A stretch of 64,000 nt of DNA from Patescibacteria group bacterium (GTDB lineage Bacteria > Patescibacteriota > JAHJAL01), in NCBI GenBank assembly GCA_049322675.1, contig JBMORM010000025.1, positions 128,520 through 192,519 on the forward strand. The letters are read 5' to 3'. Below the pieces are notes generated by a model, which was not told the origin of the DNA, ran no database searches, and was given only the letters and a program-made list of their open reading frames with translations. Numbering within the stretch: position 1 is the stretch's first letter; the number at the start of each line of letters is the position of its first letter. A program made the position numbers and the translations under genes. This document shows positions 17,974 through 28,129 of the stretch, one piece after another.

Positions 17974-18017
17974 GGGATAAAACTTTATCATATATCTAAG
18001 GGAAATAAAATAATTTT

Positions 18018-21000
18018 ATGGTGAACAAAATGAAAAATTTATTTGCAAGTGTTCCTAAAAAGGTTAAATCCTTTTTGGTGGGAGTGGTGGCAATGGGTAT
18101 GTTATTGCCGACTATTTTACCTGGATTGGGAAATTCTGCAATGGCTGCGTCTCCTGTGTTTAATGATCAAGCCAATGATTATGCGACATTGAGAGTAGCC
18201 AATGCCAATAATCCCAGTGTTTTTAGTACCAGCGTGAATGCCAATCCTGGAGATCAGGTAATTTATAGTATTTATGTTCATAATACTGTTCTGGATACAA
18301 CCGCTATCAATACTGCTGTAAGAGCGGCTATTGATACTCAATATGCGACTGCGCATGGTGCAATGGCAACAGTTTGGGCAGAAAATGCCAGTCCGGTAGC
18401 TGGTAATGCCATTGTTTATACAGGTAATACCAGAACAAAAATGGAATATTTGCCCAATTCTGCTTATAGGTTTGTTACTGGTTCAAGCAATTGGGAGCCG
18501 ATGCCTGATGGGGTAATCGGGACTGGTTTGGTTTTGGGAAATGTTCAAGGTTGCTGGGAATATGTACAGCAGGTAATTTTTAGAGCAACTGTTGTTGCAG
18601 AACCTGTTCAACCTGCTGTAATTGGTATTAACAAACAAGTAGCTTTGGTTACCACAGGTGGTAATTCTTATGTTGAAAATGTTACTGCTAAAAATGGTGA
18701 CACTGTTTCTTTCAGTTTGAGTTTGGCAAATACCGGAGGTAGTGCTGCTACCAACGTAGTTGTTAAAGATGTATTGCCAAGTGGATTGGAATTTATCTCG
18801 GGATCTACCAAATTGAATGGTAATCCTGTGGCTGACACTTTGTTTACGACCGGTGTCAAAATTGATAGTTTAGCTGTTGGCGCAGTACCTTCTATTACTT
18901 TCCAAGCGAAAGTGACTGCAAGTACACCTGGTGTTTTGACAAATACGGGCACGGCGACGGCAGATAGTTTGGGACAGGTAAGTGATACTGCTACTGTGAC
19001 TATTCAACAAGTTTTGCAACCGGCTTTGGGTATTGCTAAAACTGTTTTAAATAATAGTTTAGTTGGCGGCACTTTTGCTGAAAATGCCAATGCTAAGACT
19101 GGTGAAACCGTGACTTTCAAGTTGATTGTAAGTAATACCGGTCAGTCTGAGGCCAAGAATGTGGTGGTGGCTGATCAGGTTCCGGCCGGATTGGCTTATG
19201 TCAGCGGTTCTACCAAGGTGGATGGAGTGGCGGACAATACCAATGCGATCACCGGGAATGGTTTAAATATTGCCAATATTGCCGCTGGAGCTTCCAAAAC
19301 GGTTACTTTTGAAGCGACTGTTTCGGCTACTTTGGCTCAGACTATTACCAATACTGGTACAGCCAGGGCGGAAAGTGTTAATCAGGTTGGTGATACGGCA
19401 ACTGTAACAGTTCAACAAGCTGGCCAACCCGTAATCACTATCGCCAAGACAGTGTCTTTGGGTGATGGATCCAGCAATTTTATTGAAAGTGTCAACGCGG
19501 TCAATAACGATATAGTACGTTTTCGTTTGATTGTAAGTAATAATAGCGGAGTTTCCGCTGACAATGTAAAAGTTTGGGATGGTTTGCCAAGTGGTTTAAC
19601 TTACATCGACAATTCAACTACTTTGGATGGAGCGGCACAATCTGGCAATGCGATTGTAAATAGTGGTATTACTTTGGGTACGATGACCAATGGTTCAACT
19701 CATACAGTTATTTTCAATGCTCGAGTCAATTCCAATAGTACTACTTTGACCAACTATGGCCGAGCCAATATCAATGGGACTAGCCAAGTGGAAGATCCAG
19801 CTACTGTAGTGGTGGGTGGAGCGAGTAATACTACCTTGTCTTTAGACAAGCAAGTTGCTCGAGGTGAAAATGGAACTTCTTATTATGAAAGTGTTTCGGC
19901 AGAAAATAGTGAATATGTTCGTTTCCGTATGGTGGTGCGAAATACCGGTAATGTTAGAGCCGACAATGTACAAATTGCCGATAATTTACCAAGTGGCTTG
20001 ACTTATGTGTCTAATTCTACTTACCTCGATGGGGTAAGACAAAATGATACTATAACTTCCAGTCGTTTGGATTTGAGTAATATGGATCCGGGTGTAAGTC
20101 GTACTGTTACTTTCAATGCTCGAGTCAATACTTCGTCCAATTCGACTATTACCAATGAAGCTACTGTTACATCGGATAATGCGACTTTGGTCAGGGATAC
20201 AGCGCAAGTTCAGGCCAACGGTTCTGATAGTGATCCATATTTGGAAATTACCAAAGAAGTTGATCAGGCAGTTGCAGATCCAGGTGACGAATTGAGATAT
20301 ACTATTCGAGTTCGAAACACCGGATCCGGTAATGCCACCAATGTTCGTATAGTTGATGATTTGCCGGAAAGAGTTCGCTATGTTTCGGGTTCATTGACTA
20401 TAACCGGAGATGGTGATGTCGAAGATGATGATTTGTTTGACGATGGTGTGATTATTGATAGACTGGAACCCGGAGATGATGTCTTGATTCGTTTTACGGC
20501 TCGTGTTGATAGTGATATTTCAGGAAATATGACTTTGGAAAATGTGGCTATTGCTCGTGATGATCAAGGTGATCGAGCCGAGGATGAGGTGGTGACAGAA
20601 ATTGAACAGGATGAGGCATATTTGGATATAGACAAGCAAGTTGACAAGTCAAGGGCCAATCCCGGTGATGAATTGCGCTATACAATAACAGTCCGCAATA
20701 CCGGATATGCCAATGCGACAAATGTCAGAGTATATGATGATTTGCCAAGTTATGTTGAAGTGGTGAGTGGCAGTTTGAGTGTTTCCGGTGATCATATTTC
20801 TTCCAGCGATTTGTTTGATAATTATGTTCGAGCCAGTTATCTGGAAAGAAATGATGAAATCAATATTACTTTTAGAGCCAAGATTAGAAGTGATATTACT
20901 ACTGATATGACTTTGGACAATGTGGCACGAGTGACTGCTGATGATGGATTGAGCGATAGGGATGTTGCTTCTACTTATATAGGCGCCAATGTTTTGCAAC

Positions 21001-21548
21001 CGAGTTTCAAGTTATCAAAGTTGGTTCGTAATGAGACCAAGGGTGAATCAACATTCAATCAATCAAATACTTCTGACCCTGGTAATGTTATGGAATACAA
21101 GATTACCTTGACCAATAATGGAAGTAGCCGTCTGACCGGCGTCAAGTTGAATGATATTTTGCCAAGTGGTTTGATGTATTTGGGTGGTACTGCTAAAGCC
21201 AGTATGAACAACTACGACATATCTGGTGATTGGAACAAGGTTGTTGAGCAGGGTGGTGTATTGTTGCCTGACATGAATGTCAATGATATTTTTACTTTGG
21301 TGTTCAAAGTGAAATCGAAAACTGATATTGCTGCCAATTCAACTTTAGTGAATACGGTCAATGTGGTGGCTGATCAAAATGTAAATGCTCAGGCGACGGC
21401 TAGTACATCATTTACACAAGTTGCTCAACCGCAGGAACTTCCCAAATCTGGTCCAGAAGTTGCTTTGGCTGGGTTTATCTTTTTGGCAGTTTCGTCAATA
21501 TTTTGGTTTGTCAGAGAAAAATGGCTTTTGACGACACAGATTATGTAA
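18018..21548 (+). CDS. Large surface protein with tandem DUF11 (Ig-like) repeats and an LPxTG-like anchor
   Basis: Repeated I.K.V....A..GD...Y.I.V.NTG...A.NV.I.D.LP.GL.YV.GS units; N-terminal signal; LPKSG + TM + basic residues. Confidence 0.88.
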   Translation: MVNKMKNLFASVPKKVKSFLVGVVAMGMLLPTILPGLGNSAMAASPVFNDQANDYATLRVANANNPSVFSTSVNANPGDQVIYSIYVHNTVLDTTAINTAVRAAIDTQYATAHGAMATVWAENASPVAGNAIVYTGNTRTKMEYLPNSAYRFVTGSSNWEPMPDGVIGTGLVLGNVQGCWEYVQQVIFRATVVAEPVQPAVIGINKQVALVTTGGNSYVENVTAKNGDTVSFSLSLANTGGSAATNVVVKDVLPSGLEFISGSTKLNGNPVADTLFTTGVKIDSLAVGAVPSITFQAKVTASTPGVLTNTGTATADSLGQVSDTATVTIQQVLQPALGIAKTVLNNSLVGGTFAENANAKTGETVTFKLIVSNTGQSEAKNVVVADQVPAGLAYVSGSTKVDGVADNTNAITGNGLNIANIAAGASKTVTFEATVSATLAQTITNTGTARAESVNQVGDTATVTVQQAGQPVITIAKTVSLGDGSSNFIESVNAVNNDIVRFRLIVSNNSGVSADNVKVWDGLPSGLTYIDNSTTLDGAAQSGNAIVNSGITLGTMTNGSTHTVIFNARVNSNSTTLTNYGRANINGTSQVEDPATVVVGGASNTTLSLDKQVARGENGTSYYESVSAENSEYVRFRMVVRNTGNVRADNVQIADNLPSGLTYVSNSTYLDGVRQNDTITSSRLDLSNMDPGVSRTVTFNARVNTSSNSTITNEATVTSDNATLVRDTAQVQANGSDSDPYLEITKEVDQAVADPGDELRYTIRVRNTGSGNATNVRIVDDLPERVRYVSGSLTITGDGDVEDDDLFDDGVIIDRLEPGDDVLIRFTARVDSDISGNMTLENVAIARDDQGDRAEDEVVTEIEQDEAYLDIDKQVDKSRANPGDELRYTITVRNTGYANATNVRVYDDLPSYVEVVSGSLSVSGDHISSSDLFDNYVRASYLERNDEINITFRAKIRSDITTDMTLDNVARVTADDGLSDRDVASTYIGANVLQPSFKLSKLVRNETKGESTFNQSNTSDPGNVMEYKITLTNNGSSRLTGVKLNDILPSGLMYLGGTAKASMNNYDISGDWNKVVEQGGVLLPDMNVNDIFTLVFKVKSKTDIAANSTLVNTVNVVADQNVNAQATASTSFTQVAQPQELPKSGPEVALAGFIFLAVSSIFWFVREKWLLTTQIM

Positions 21549-21583
21549 ATGAAATTTTTAAGATTACGATGCTATTTTGTAGC

Positions 21584-21617
21584 AAAAAGAGTTCTCATTT
21601 TTTGAGAGCTCTTTTTT
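21584..21617 (+). terminator. Intrinsic terminator
   Basis: aaaaagagttctca / tgagagctcttttt. Confidence 0.75.
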
Positions 21618-21622
21618 ATCTG

Positions 21623-21679
21623 AATTAACAATGAATAATTAACAATTAACTGTTAATTATTCATTGTTAATTATTAATT
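21623..21679. repeat. Heptamer-period palindrome (AATKAAY unit)
   Basis: aattaacaatgaataattaacaattaactgttaattattcattgttaattattaatt. Confidence 0.7.
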
Positions 21680-21736
21680 CCAACCTTGGGTTTGTGTTAT
21701 ACTTTATAAAGTAATATAAGTTTTATATTGAGAAAA

Positions 21737-22832
21737 ATGATTCATGAATTGGAAAAGCAAGTTGAGATATTGAAATCAGAAGTAAACAAAAATAAGGAGT
21801 ATCTTTGAGGGCACTGGCATATTAAAAAATATTGCTGATTTGGAAAGTAGGACGATGGTTGAGGATTTTTGGCTTGATAGGGACAAAGCGGAGTCTGTGT
21901 TGTCTAGTTTGTCGGCGGCAAAAAAAAAGTGGCAGGTGTGGCTGGATTTAAGTCGGGAGGTTTCAGATTTAGCTGAGTTGATATATATAACCAATGAGGA
22001 AGCTCAGCAAGATGAGCTAGAACAGTTGGTTGCTGATTATAATTTATTGGAGCATAGATTCAAAAGGGCGGAGATCGAGTTGCTATTGACTGGTTCTTAT
22101 GACCATTGTGATGCATTTTTGTCGATTCACTCGGGTACAGGAGGGGTGGATGCACAGGATTGGGCAGAAATGTTGCTGAGAATGTATTTGAGATACTGTG
22201 AAATAAGTAATTACAAGGCTGAAATTGTTAATATTTCTTCTGGAGAAGAGGCGGGGATAAAGAGCGCAATGGTCAAGATTGTTGGCGAAGATGCCTATGG
22301 CTACTTAAAAACTGAGCATGGTGTTCATCGTTTGGTTAGGCAGTCTCCGTTTAATGCCAAAGCTTTGCGTCAGACTTCTTTTGCCTTGGTTGAAGTGATG
22401 CCGATTTTTGATAAGACCATCAATCTGGAAATAAAAAAAGATGATTTGAGAATAGATACTTTTCGAGCTTCTGGTCATGGGGGGCAAAAGGTTAATAAAA
22501 CCGATTCGGCAGTTAGGATTACGCATTTACCTTCTGGTTTAGTAGTAGCTTGTCAGAGCGAGCGTTCTCAGATGCAAAACAAGGAAACAGCGATGAATAT
22601 TCTCAAAAGTAAATTGATTTTATTGCGAGAACAAGAAAATCGAGAGAAAGAAAAAAAGATCAAAGGGGAGGTAAAGCAGGGAAGTTGGGGTAATCAGATT
22701 AGGTCATACGTCTTGCATCCTTATCAGATGGTAAAAGATCATAGGACTGATTTTGAGACGAGTGATACTCATGGTGTTTTAAATGGCGAGATAGAAGAGT
22801 TTATCGAGGCGGCTTTGAGAAAAAGTTTCTAG
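21737..22832 (+). CDS. prfB: Peptide chain release factor 2 with programmed +1 frameshift
   Basis: SPF and GGQ motifs; upstream ORF from ATG 21737 ends AAGGAG TAT CTT TGA, and the +1 frame from 21807 is continuous with ORF 21840-22832. Confidence 0.95.
21794..21809 (+). promoter_or_regulatory. RF2 frameshift cassette
   Basis: Internal SD AAGGAG, 3 nt, then CTT TGA G. Confidence 0.9.
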
Positions 22833-22888
22833 TTTTTAATTTCTAAACAATGTATGTTTAAAAATTAAAAATTAAAAATTAAAAATTG
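22833..22888. repeat. Heptamer-period inverted-repeat element
   Basis: tttttaatttct-AAACAATGTATGTTT-(aaaaatt)x4. Confidence 0.75.
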
Positions 22889-22894
22889 TTTGCG

Positions 22895-23575
22895 ATGATT
22901 CGTCTCGACCATGTTTACAAAAAGTATGAAAATAATCTGGTGTTGGAAGACATCAATTTAAGTGTGTCTGAAGGAAATTTTGTTTCCCTGGTTGGGCCTT
23001 CTGGGGCGGGTAAATCAACTTTGATTAGATTATTGATAGCCGAAGAAAAACCCTCAAGAGGACAAATATATGTTCGTGGATTTGATATTGCCAAATTGTA
23101 TAAAGGCGATATTCCTTTTTACAGAAGAGGGTTGGGAGTGATATTTCAGGATTTTAAATTATTACCCCAGAAAACTGTTTTTGAAAATGTAGCTTTCGCT
23201 TTGGAAGTTTGCGATCGTACCAATGCAACCATAAAAAATCGGGTTCCGCAGATATTGGATATGGTTGGGTTGTCAACGAGATCCAATAATTTGTCTCATA
23301 AATTGTCGGCGGGAGAGATGCAAAGAGTGGCAATTGCGAGGGCGTTGGTCAATAAGCCAAAATTATTGATTGCCGATGAGCCGACCGGCAATTTGGATCC
23401 GGTTAATTCCTGGGAAATTATGCAGTTGTTATTGAAAATAAATAGTTTGGGTACGACAGTTTTTTTGGCAACGCATGATCGGGAAATAGTAAATTCATTG
23501 AAGAAACGGGTGGTGACGATTGAAAATGGAAAGATCATTCGAGACCAAAAGAAAGATGGAAAATATATACTTTAG
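22895..23575 (+). CDS. ftsE: Cell division ATP-binding protein FtsE
   Basis: GPSGAGKST, IFQDFKLLPQKTVFENVAFAL, LSAGEMQRVAIARA, ADEPTGNLDP; next to ftsX. Confidence 0.92.
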   Translation: MIRLDHVYKKYENNLVLEDINLSVSEGNFVSLVGPSGAGKSTLIRLLIAEEKPSRGQIYVRGFDIAKLYKGDIPFYRRGLGVIFQDFKLLPQKTVFENVAFALEVCDRTNATIKNRVPQILDMVGLSTRSNNLSHKLSAGEMQRVAIARALVNKPKLLIADEPTGNLDPVNSWEIMQLLLKINSLGTTVFLATHDREIVNSLKKRVVTIENGKIIRDQKKDGKYIL

Positions 23576-23590
23576 AAATGGGATCTAAAA

Positions 23591-24496
23591 ATGTTTTTGA
23601 TACGAACTATTAGATTAATAAAACTGGGTTGGATAAATTTTTGGCGTAATCTTTGGTTAAGTTTGATTGCGACTTTTGTCATGTCTTTGACTTTGATGAC
23701 GATTACTTTTTTAGCCTTGTCTGCCTTTGTTATCAATAGTGAAATTGAAAATGTTAAATCTCGTATTGATTACGAGATATTTTTGAATGATGATGTGGGA
23801 CAGCAGGGGATTGATTCTTTAAAAAAAGTAATTTCGGAAAAAGTTGAAGTAAAGGAGATTGAGTATATTGACAAACAAAAAGCAGTTGAGAGATATAAAG
23901 AGATTTTTGGTGATAAAGAAAGTCTGATAAATTATATCGAACAGGAAAATCCTTTAAAAGAAAGTTTGATTATTAGAGCCAATGATCCAGCTGATTTAGA
24001 AAAGTTGAATGATGTTTTAAAACAGGCGGAATTTGCATCAATGGTGCATAGTAGTAGTTATTCGAGAAATAGGGAAGTGATTGTGCGTTTATTGAATATT
24101 ATTGATTTTGTCGAGAAAGCCGGAGTAGTAATTGGTTTGGTTTTTATAGTTATATCGGTTACGGTTGTTTTTAGTATTGTTAGGGTGGCAATATATACCA
24201 GAAAGGATGAGATTGAAATTATGAAATTGGTTGGTGCAACTGATTGGTTTGTGCATGGGCCGTTTATGATCGAAAGTGCCTTATATGGTATTTTGGCAGC
24301 GATTTTCGGGTTTGCTTTTTTGGCAGCGATTTTTTATTATGTCTCAGCGGCGGCAACGGCATATTTGTCAATATCGACAGACTCGTTGATGGAATATTTT
24401 AATGAATACATGGTTTTTGTGATAATCTTCCAGTTTTTAATGGGGTTAATTATTAGTGTTTCTAGTGGTTTTTTCGCGATTAGGAAACATGTTTAG
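23591..24496 (+). CDS. ftsX: Cell division permease FtsX
   Basis: NFWRN.WLS, four-TM layout, RKDEIEIMKLVGATDWFVHGPF. Confidence 0.92.
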   Translation: MFLIRTIRLIKLGWINFWRNLWLSLIATFVMSLTLMTITFLALSAFVINSEIENVKSRIDYEIFLNDDVGQQGIDSLKKVISEKVEVKEIEYIDKQKAVERYKEIFGDKESLINYIEQENPLKESLIIRANDPADLEKLNDVLKQAEFASMVHSSSYSRNREVIVRLLNIIDFVEKAGVVIGLVFIVISVTVVFSIVRVAIYTRKDEIEIMKLVGATDWFVHGPFMIESALYGILAAIFGFAFLAAIFYYVSAAATAYLSISTDSLMEYFNEYMVFVIIFQFLMGLIISVSSGFFAIRKHV

Positions 24497-24575
24497 ATAA
24501 GTATTAAGTAACAAGTTTCAAGTGCCAAGTGACAAAAAATAAATAAATTATTTTTGGCTTGTAGCTTGTAACTTT
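24497..24575. repeat. Heptamer-period inverted element (CAAGTnn unit)
   Basis: taagtat taagtaa caagttt caagtgc caagtga caa ... ttggcttgtagcttgtaactt. Confidence 0.6.
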
Positions 24576-24590
24576 TTTTGAAGGGTAATA

Positions 24591-25784
24591 ATGAAATTAT
24601 TGGGTTACATTTTAATTACATTCTTGTTGTGGGCTGATATAGGTGCTGTTAGAGCAGTAACTGTTAATGAATTGCGTGATCAACAAGAGGAGATAAAACA
24701 CAAGATTGATGATTTGAATAATTTGGTGGAGCAAAAGAAGAATGAGGCAGTTAATCTCGAGAATCAGTTGGCGATTTTTAATGCTAAAATTGAACAACTT
24801 GAGTTGCAAATTCAGGATACGCAATTAAAAATTGATTCGGTTGGAGCCGAGATTGATGATTTGACGAAGGAAATTGGTAGACAGCAAAGAATGCTTGATT
24901 ATCAAAAGGGAATATTGGACGAAAGTTTGCAGATCTTATACGAAAGAAGAGAACAAAATCTGTTGACAATGTTGCTTAGTTCGAAGAATTTTTCGGATTT
25001 TGTTGATCAGGTGACGTATATTGAGACTGTAAAAGAGCAGGTAAAGAAAACAATAGTTGAAATTAACACTTTAAAATCCAGTTTGGAGGAGAAGAGAGGT
25101 GATTTAAATAAGCGAAAGGGCGAATTGGAGGACTTGCAGTCGAGAAAAGTTGGAGAACAACAGGCTTTGGAATCACAAAAATATTCAAAACAAATTTTAT
25201 TGGATCAAACAAAAGGTGAAGAAGAAGAGTTCCAAAGGCGTTTACAAGAGGCGACCCAAGAAGAACAGGAAGTGGAGAGTGAAATTGATAGACTGATTGA
25301 AGAGGCCAAAAAAAAATTGGTGCAAAAATATCCTGGTCTGGTTGACAATGGTGAAGGTTTTGGGTATCCGCTGAGTGGGTCAAATAGAATCAGTGTGATC
25401 GGAGGTGATTTTATGGATCCATATTATGGTTTTGGTTTCCCTCATACCGGAGTTGATTTGGCGGCAGGACAGGGGACACCGGTTTATGCTGCCGGGGAGG
25501 GTGTTATTTTGGTGGCTCATGATTCAGGTGGTGTTGGTTTGAGCTATATTGTGATCCAACATCCCAGTGGTTTTATGACGAAGTATTTGCATATGAGTGA
25601 AATTTTTGTTTCTACTGGTCAATATATCGCTAGGGGTGAGGCAATTGGTCTATCTGGTGGTGCGCCCGGCACAAATGGGGCTGGTTTTTTTACAACCGGT
25701 CCGCATTTACATTTTGAAATAAATGATGCCAATGGAAATGCAGTCAATCCTCATGAATTTTTGGAAATTGAGTTACCTTATTAA
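24591..25784 (+). CDS. Coiled-coil + M23 peptidase protein (FtsEX partner, EnvC-like architecture)
   Basis: Signal peptide, long coiled coil, HTGVD and TTGPHLHFE with intact Zn ligands. Confidence 0.88.
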   Translation: MKLLGYILITFLLWADIGAVRAVTVNELRDQQEEIKHKIDDLNNLVEQKKNEAVNLENQLAIFNAKIEQLELQIQDTQLKIDSVGAEIDDLTKEIGRQQRMLDYQKGILDESLQILYERREQNLLTMLLSSKNFSDFVDQVTYIETVKEQVKKTIVEINTLKSSLEEKRGDLNKRKGELEDLQSRKVGEQQALESQKYSKQILLDQTKGEEEEFQRRLQEATQEEQEVESEIDRLIEEAKKKLVQKYPGLVDNGEGFGYPLSGSNRISVIGGDFMDPYYGFGFPHTGVDLAAGQGTPVYAAGEGVILVAHDSGGVGLSYIVIQHPSGFMTKYLHMSEIFVSTGQYIARGEAIGLSGGAPGTNGAGFFTTGPHLHFEINDANGNAVNPHEFLEIELPY

Positions 25785-25810
25785 TTCAAATTAACAATTA
25801 ATAATGAAAA

Positions 25811-26038
25811 ATGAATAATAATGTTGAAGAAAAATTTTTTCTAGGCAAAAATGAATTGTCTGAATTTATGCTTGAGGATAAAGTAAAAGCTGCTTTGTAT
25901 GCAGCTTTGGGAGACTATAATGGCGAAGATAAGCAGCGCATATTTGAAAGATCATGGGAGGAAATAATACATTACAAAAAGTCGATAATTGAAACATGTT
26001 TGAAAATTAAAGAAATTATAAAAAATGGTAAAAAATAG
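25811..26038 (+). CDS. Small hypothetical protein, start uncertain
   Basis: Fills the gap and overlaps the next start; 5' end lies in an AATGAAT repeat. Confidence 0.4.
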   Translation: MNNNVEEKFFLGKNELSEFMLEDKVKAALYAALGDYNGEDKQRIFERSWEEIIHYKKSIIETCLKIKEIIKNGKK

Positions 26039-27257
26039 GTATGACAAACCCGAATTATTAGCACCGGCTGGTGATCTTGAGAGATTAAAGATCGCTTTTT
26101 TGTATGGGGCGGATGCAGTTTATTGTGGAGTACCAGAATATGGTATGCGTGTAAAAGAGATAGAATTCGATTTGGAAAGTTTGGAAGAGGGAGTGAGGTT
26201 TGCACATGAATTGGGAAAGAGGGTCTATATTACGGTCAATATTTTTGCACATAACGAAAATTTTAATAATTTGCCTGATTTTTTACATAAATTGGAAAAA
26301 ATTGGGGTTGATGGTTTGATAGTTGCCGATCCGGGTATTTTACAAGTTGTATGGGAAGAAAAAATAAAAATACCAATTCATCTTAGTACCCAGGCCAATG
26401 TGACCAATTGGAAGTCGGTAGAATTTTGGATGAAAAATAATATTAATAGGGTGGTATTGGCACGAGAGTTGTCGCATCTGGAAATAAGTGAAATAAAAAA
26501 GAGACTTCCAAAGGCAAATTTGGAGATATTTGTTCATGGGGCTTTGTGTATGTCGGTTTCCGGCAGATGTCATATTAGTAATTATTTTAATAAGCGAGAT
26601 GCCAACCGGGGAAATTGTAGCCACTGTTGTCGTTGGGAATATAATGTCTATGTTGAAGAAAAGACAAGGCCTGGCGAGATGATGCTGGTTGAGGAAGACG
26701 AGCGTGGAAGTTATTTTTTTAATTCCAAAGATTTATGCTTGATCGATTGTATGGATGAAGTGTTAAAAACGGGGGCAATGAGTTTAAAGATAGAAGGTCG
26801 AAATAAGACAGAATTTTATGTGGCTACCGTAGTCAGGGCATACAGACAAGCTTTGGATATGATTTTTGACGATCTTAAGTCATATAAAAAAAATAAAAAG
26901 AAATTTGTTGGTGACTTGATGTCGATAAATACAAGGGGTTTTACGCATGGTTTTTTTATGGAAAATCAGGCGGATATTTCAAATTATAATGAGAGATCGG
27001 GTGGGGGAGATAGGCAATACGTTGGTAAAGTTATTGGGAGGGTTGGCGAATTGACAAAAATTTTGGCAAAAAACCAGATGAAATTGACTGACGAGTTTGA
27101 GTTGTTTTCTCCAAGTACGACACATAAACTTAAAATAAAAGAATTTCTCAATGATCAAGAAGAGAAAATTGGTGAAGTGGTCAATACAAATGATATTTTT
27201 TTTATTAAAAATGATTTTCCCTTGCCAGATTCGACGATGATAAGAAAGGTTTTGTAA
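26025..27257 (+). CDS. trhP: Peptidase U32 family, TrhP/YegQ-like tRNA hydroxylation protein
   Basis: PELLAPAG, YGADAVY, HLSTQAN, VLAREL, HGALCMSVSGRC..RDANRGNCSHCCR, SLKIEGR. Confidence 0.8.
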   Translation: MVKNRYDKPELLAPAGDLERLKIAFLYGADAVYCGVPEYGMRVKEIEFDLESLEEGVRFAHELGKRVYITVNIFAHNENFNNLPDFLHKLEKIGVDGLIVADPGILQVVWEEKIKIPIHLSTQANVTNWKSVEFWMKNNINRVVLARELSHLEISEIKKRLPKANLEIFVHGALCMSVSGRCHISNYFNKRDANRGNCSHCCRWEYNVYVEEKTRPGEMMLVEEDERGSYFFNSKDLCLIDCMDEVLKTGAMSLKIEGRNKTEFYVATVVRAYRQALDMIFDDLKSYKKNKKKFVGDLMSINTRGFTHGFFMENQADISNYNERSGGGDRQYVGKVIGRVGELTKILAKNQMKLTDEFELFSPSTTHKLKIKEFLNDQEEKIGEVVNTNDIFFIKNDFPLPDSTMIRKVL

Positions 27258-27307
27258 AAGCTATTATGATAAAATATATGTGTTTATAAAATAATAGGGA
27301 GAAAAAA

Positions 27308-28105
27308 ATGGAATTGATTTTTGTTCTTCTCGGGTCGGCCTTTCCGATTTTAATTGTTCTTTTTTTTGTTTTATTGTCCACTGTAAAACAAATAAATCAA
27401 TATGAAGTGGGTGTGAGATTTACTTTTGGAAAATATTCCGGTTTGATGGCTCCTGGTTGGCGGATTTTGCTGCCAATAATTCAAGGATGGAAAAAAATAG
27501 ATATGAGGACTAGGGTAGTAGATGTGCCGGAACAGGAAACAATAACAAAGGATAATATTGCTGTTAAAATTAGCGCAGTAATTTATTATAAAGTAATTGC
27601 AGCTGATCGAGCTGTTTTGGCGGTTGAGGACTATAATTATGCAATTTATCAATTGGCACAGGTGACAATGCGAAATATTATTGGTGAAGTGGAAATGGAT
27701 GAATTGTTGTCGAAAAGAGATGAAATATCAGCGAAAATTAAGGATATAGTAGAGAAAACAACTGATGTTTGGGGAGTAGAAGTGGAAAATGTTGCCTTGA
27801 AAGATATTATTTTGCCTGAGAATATGGTAAGAACTATTGCCAAGCAAGCAGAGTCGGAACGAGAAAAGAGAGCGGTTATTATTAAAGCCGAAGGCGAAAA
27901 GATAGCGGCTGACAATTTGGCGGAGGCGGCACAAAAATTATCTTCTGTTCCAGGCGCTATGCATTTGCGAACTTTGAGCACTATCAATGATTTGAGTAGT
28001 GATGACTCCAATACGGTTATTTTTGCGGTGCCTCTAGAAATACTTCGGGCTTTTGAGAGTTATATTGATAAAAATAATTTTGAAATAAATGCTAAAAAGA
28101 AATAA
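27308..28105 (+). CDS. SPFH/stomatin (slipin) family membrane protein
   Basis: N-terminal TM, QETITKDN, LAQVTMRNIIG, QAESEREKRA, AMHLRTL. Confidence 0.9.
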   Translation: MELIFVLLGSAFPILIVLFFVLLSTVKQINQYEVGVRFTFGKYSGLMAPGWRILLPIIQGWKKIDMRTRVVDVPEQETITKDNIAVKISAVIYYKVIAADRAVLAVEDYNYAIYQLAQVTMRNIIGEVEMDELLSKRDEISAKIKDIVEKTTDVWGVEVENVALKDIILPENMVRTIAKQAESEREKRAVIIKAEGEKIAADNLAEAAQKLSSVPGAMHLRTLSTINDLSSDDSNTVIFAVPLEILRAFESYIDKNNFEINAKKK

Positions 28106-28129
28106 TTAATTAACAAAGGAGAAGATAAA

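Noticed and set aside
21803-21840. prfB pseudogene or UGA recoding
   Set aside because: Canonical programmed frameshift; the other ORFs are intact under code 11
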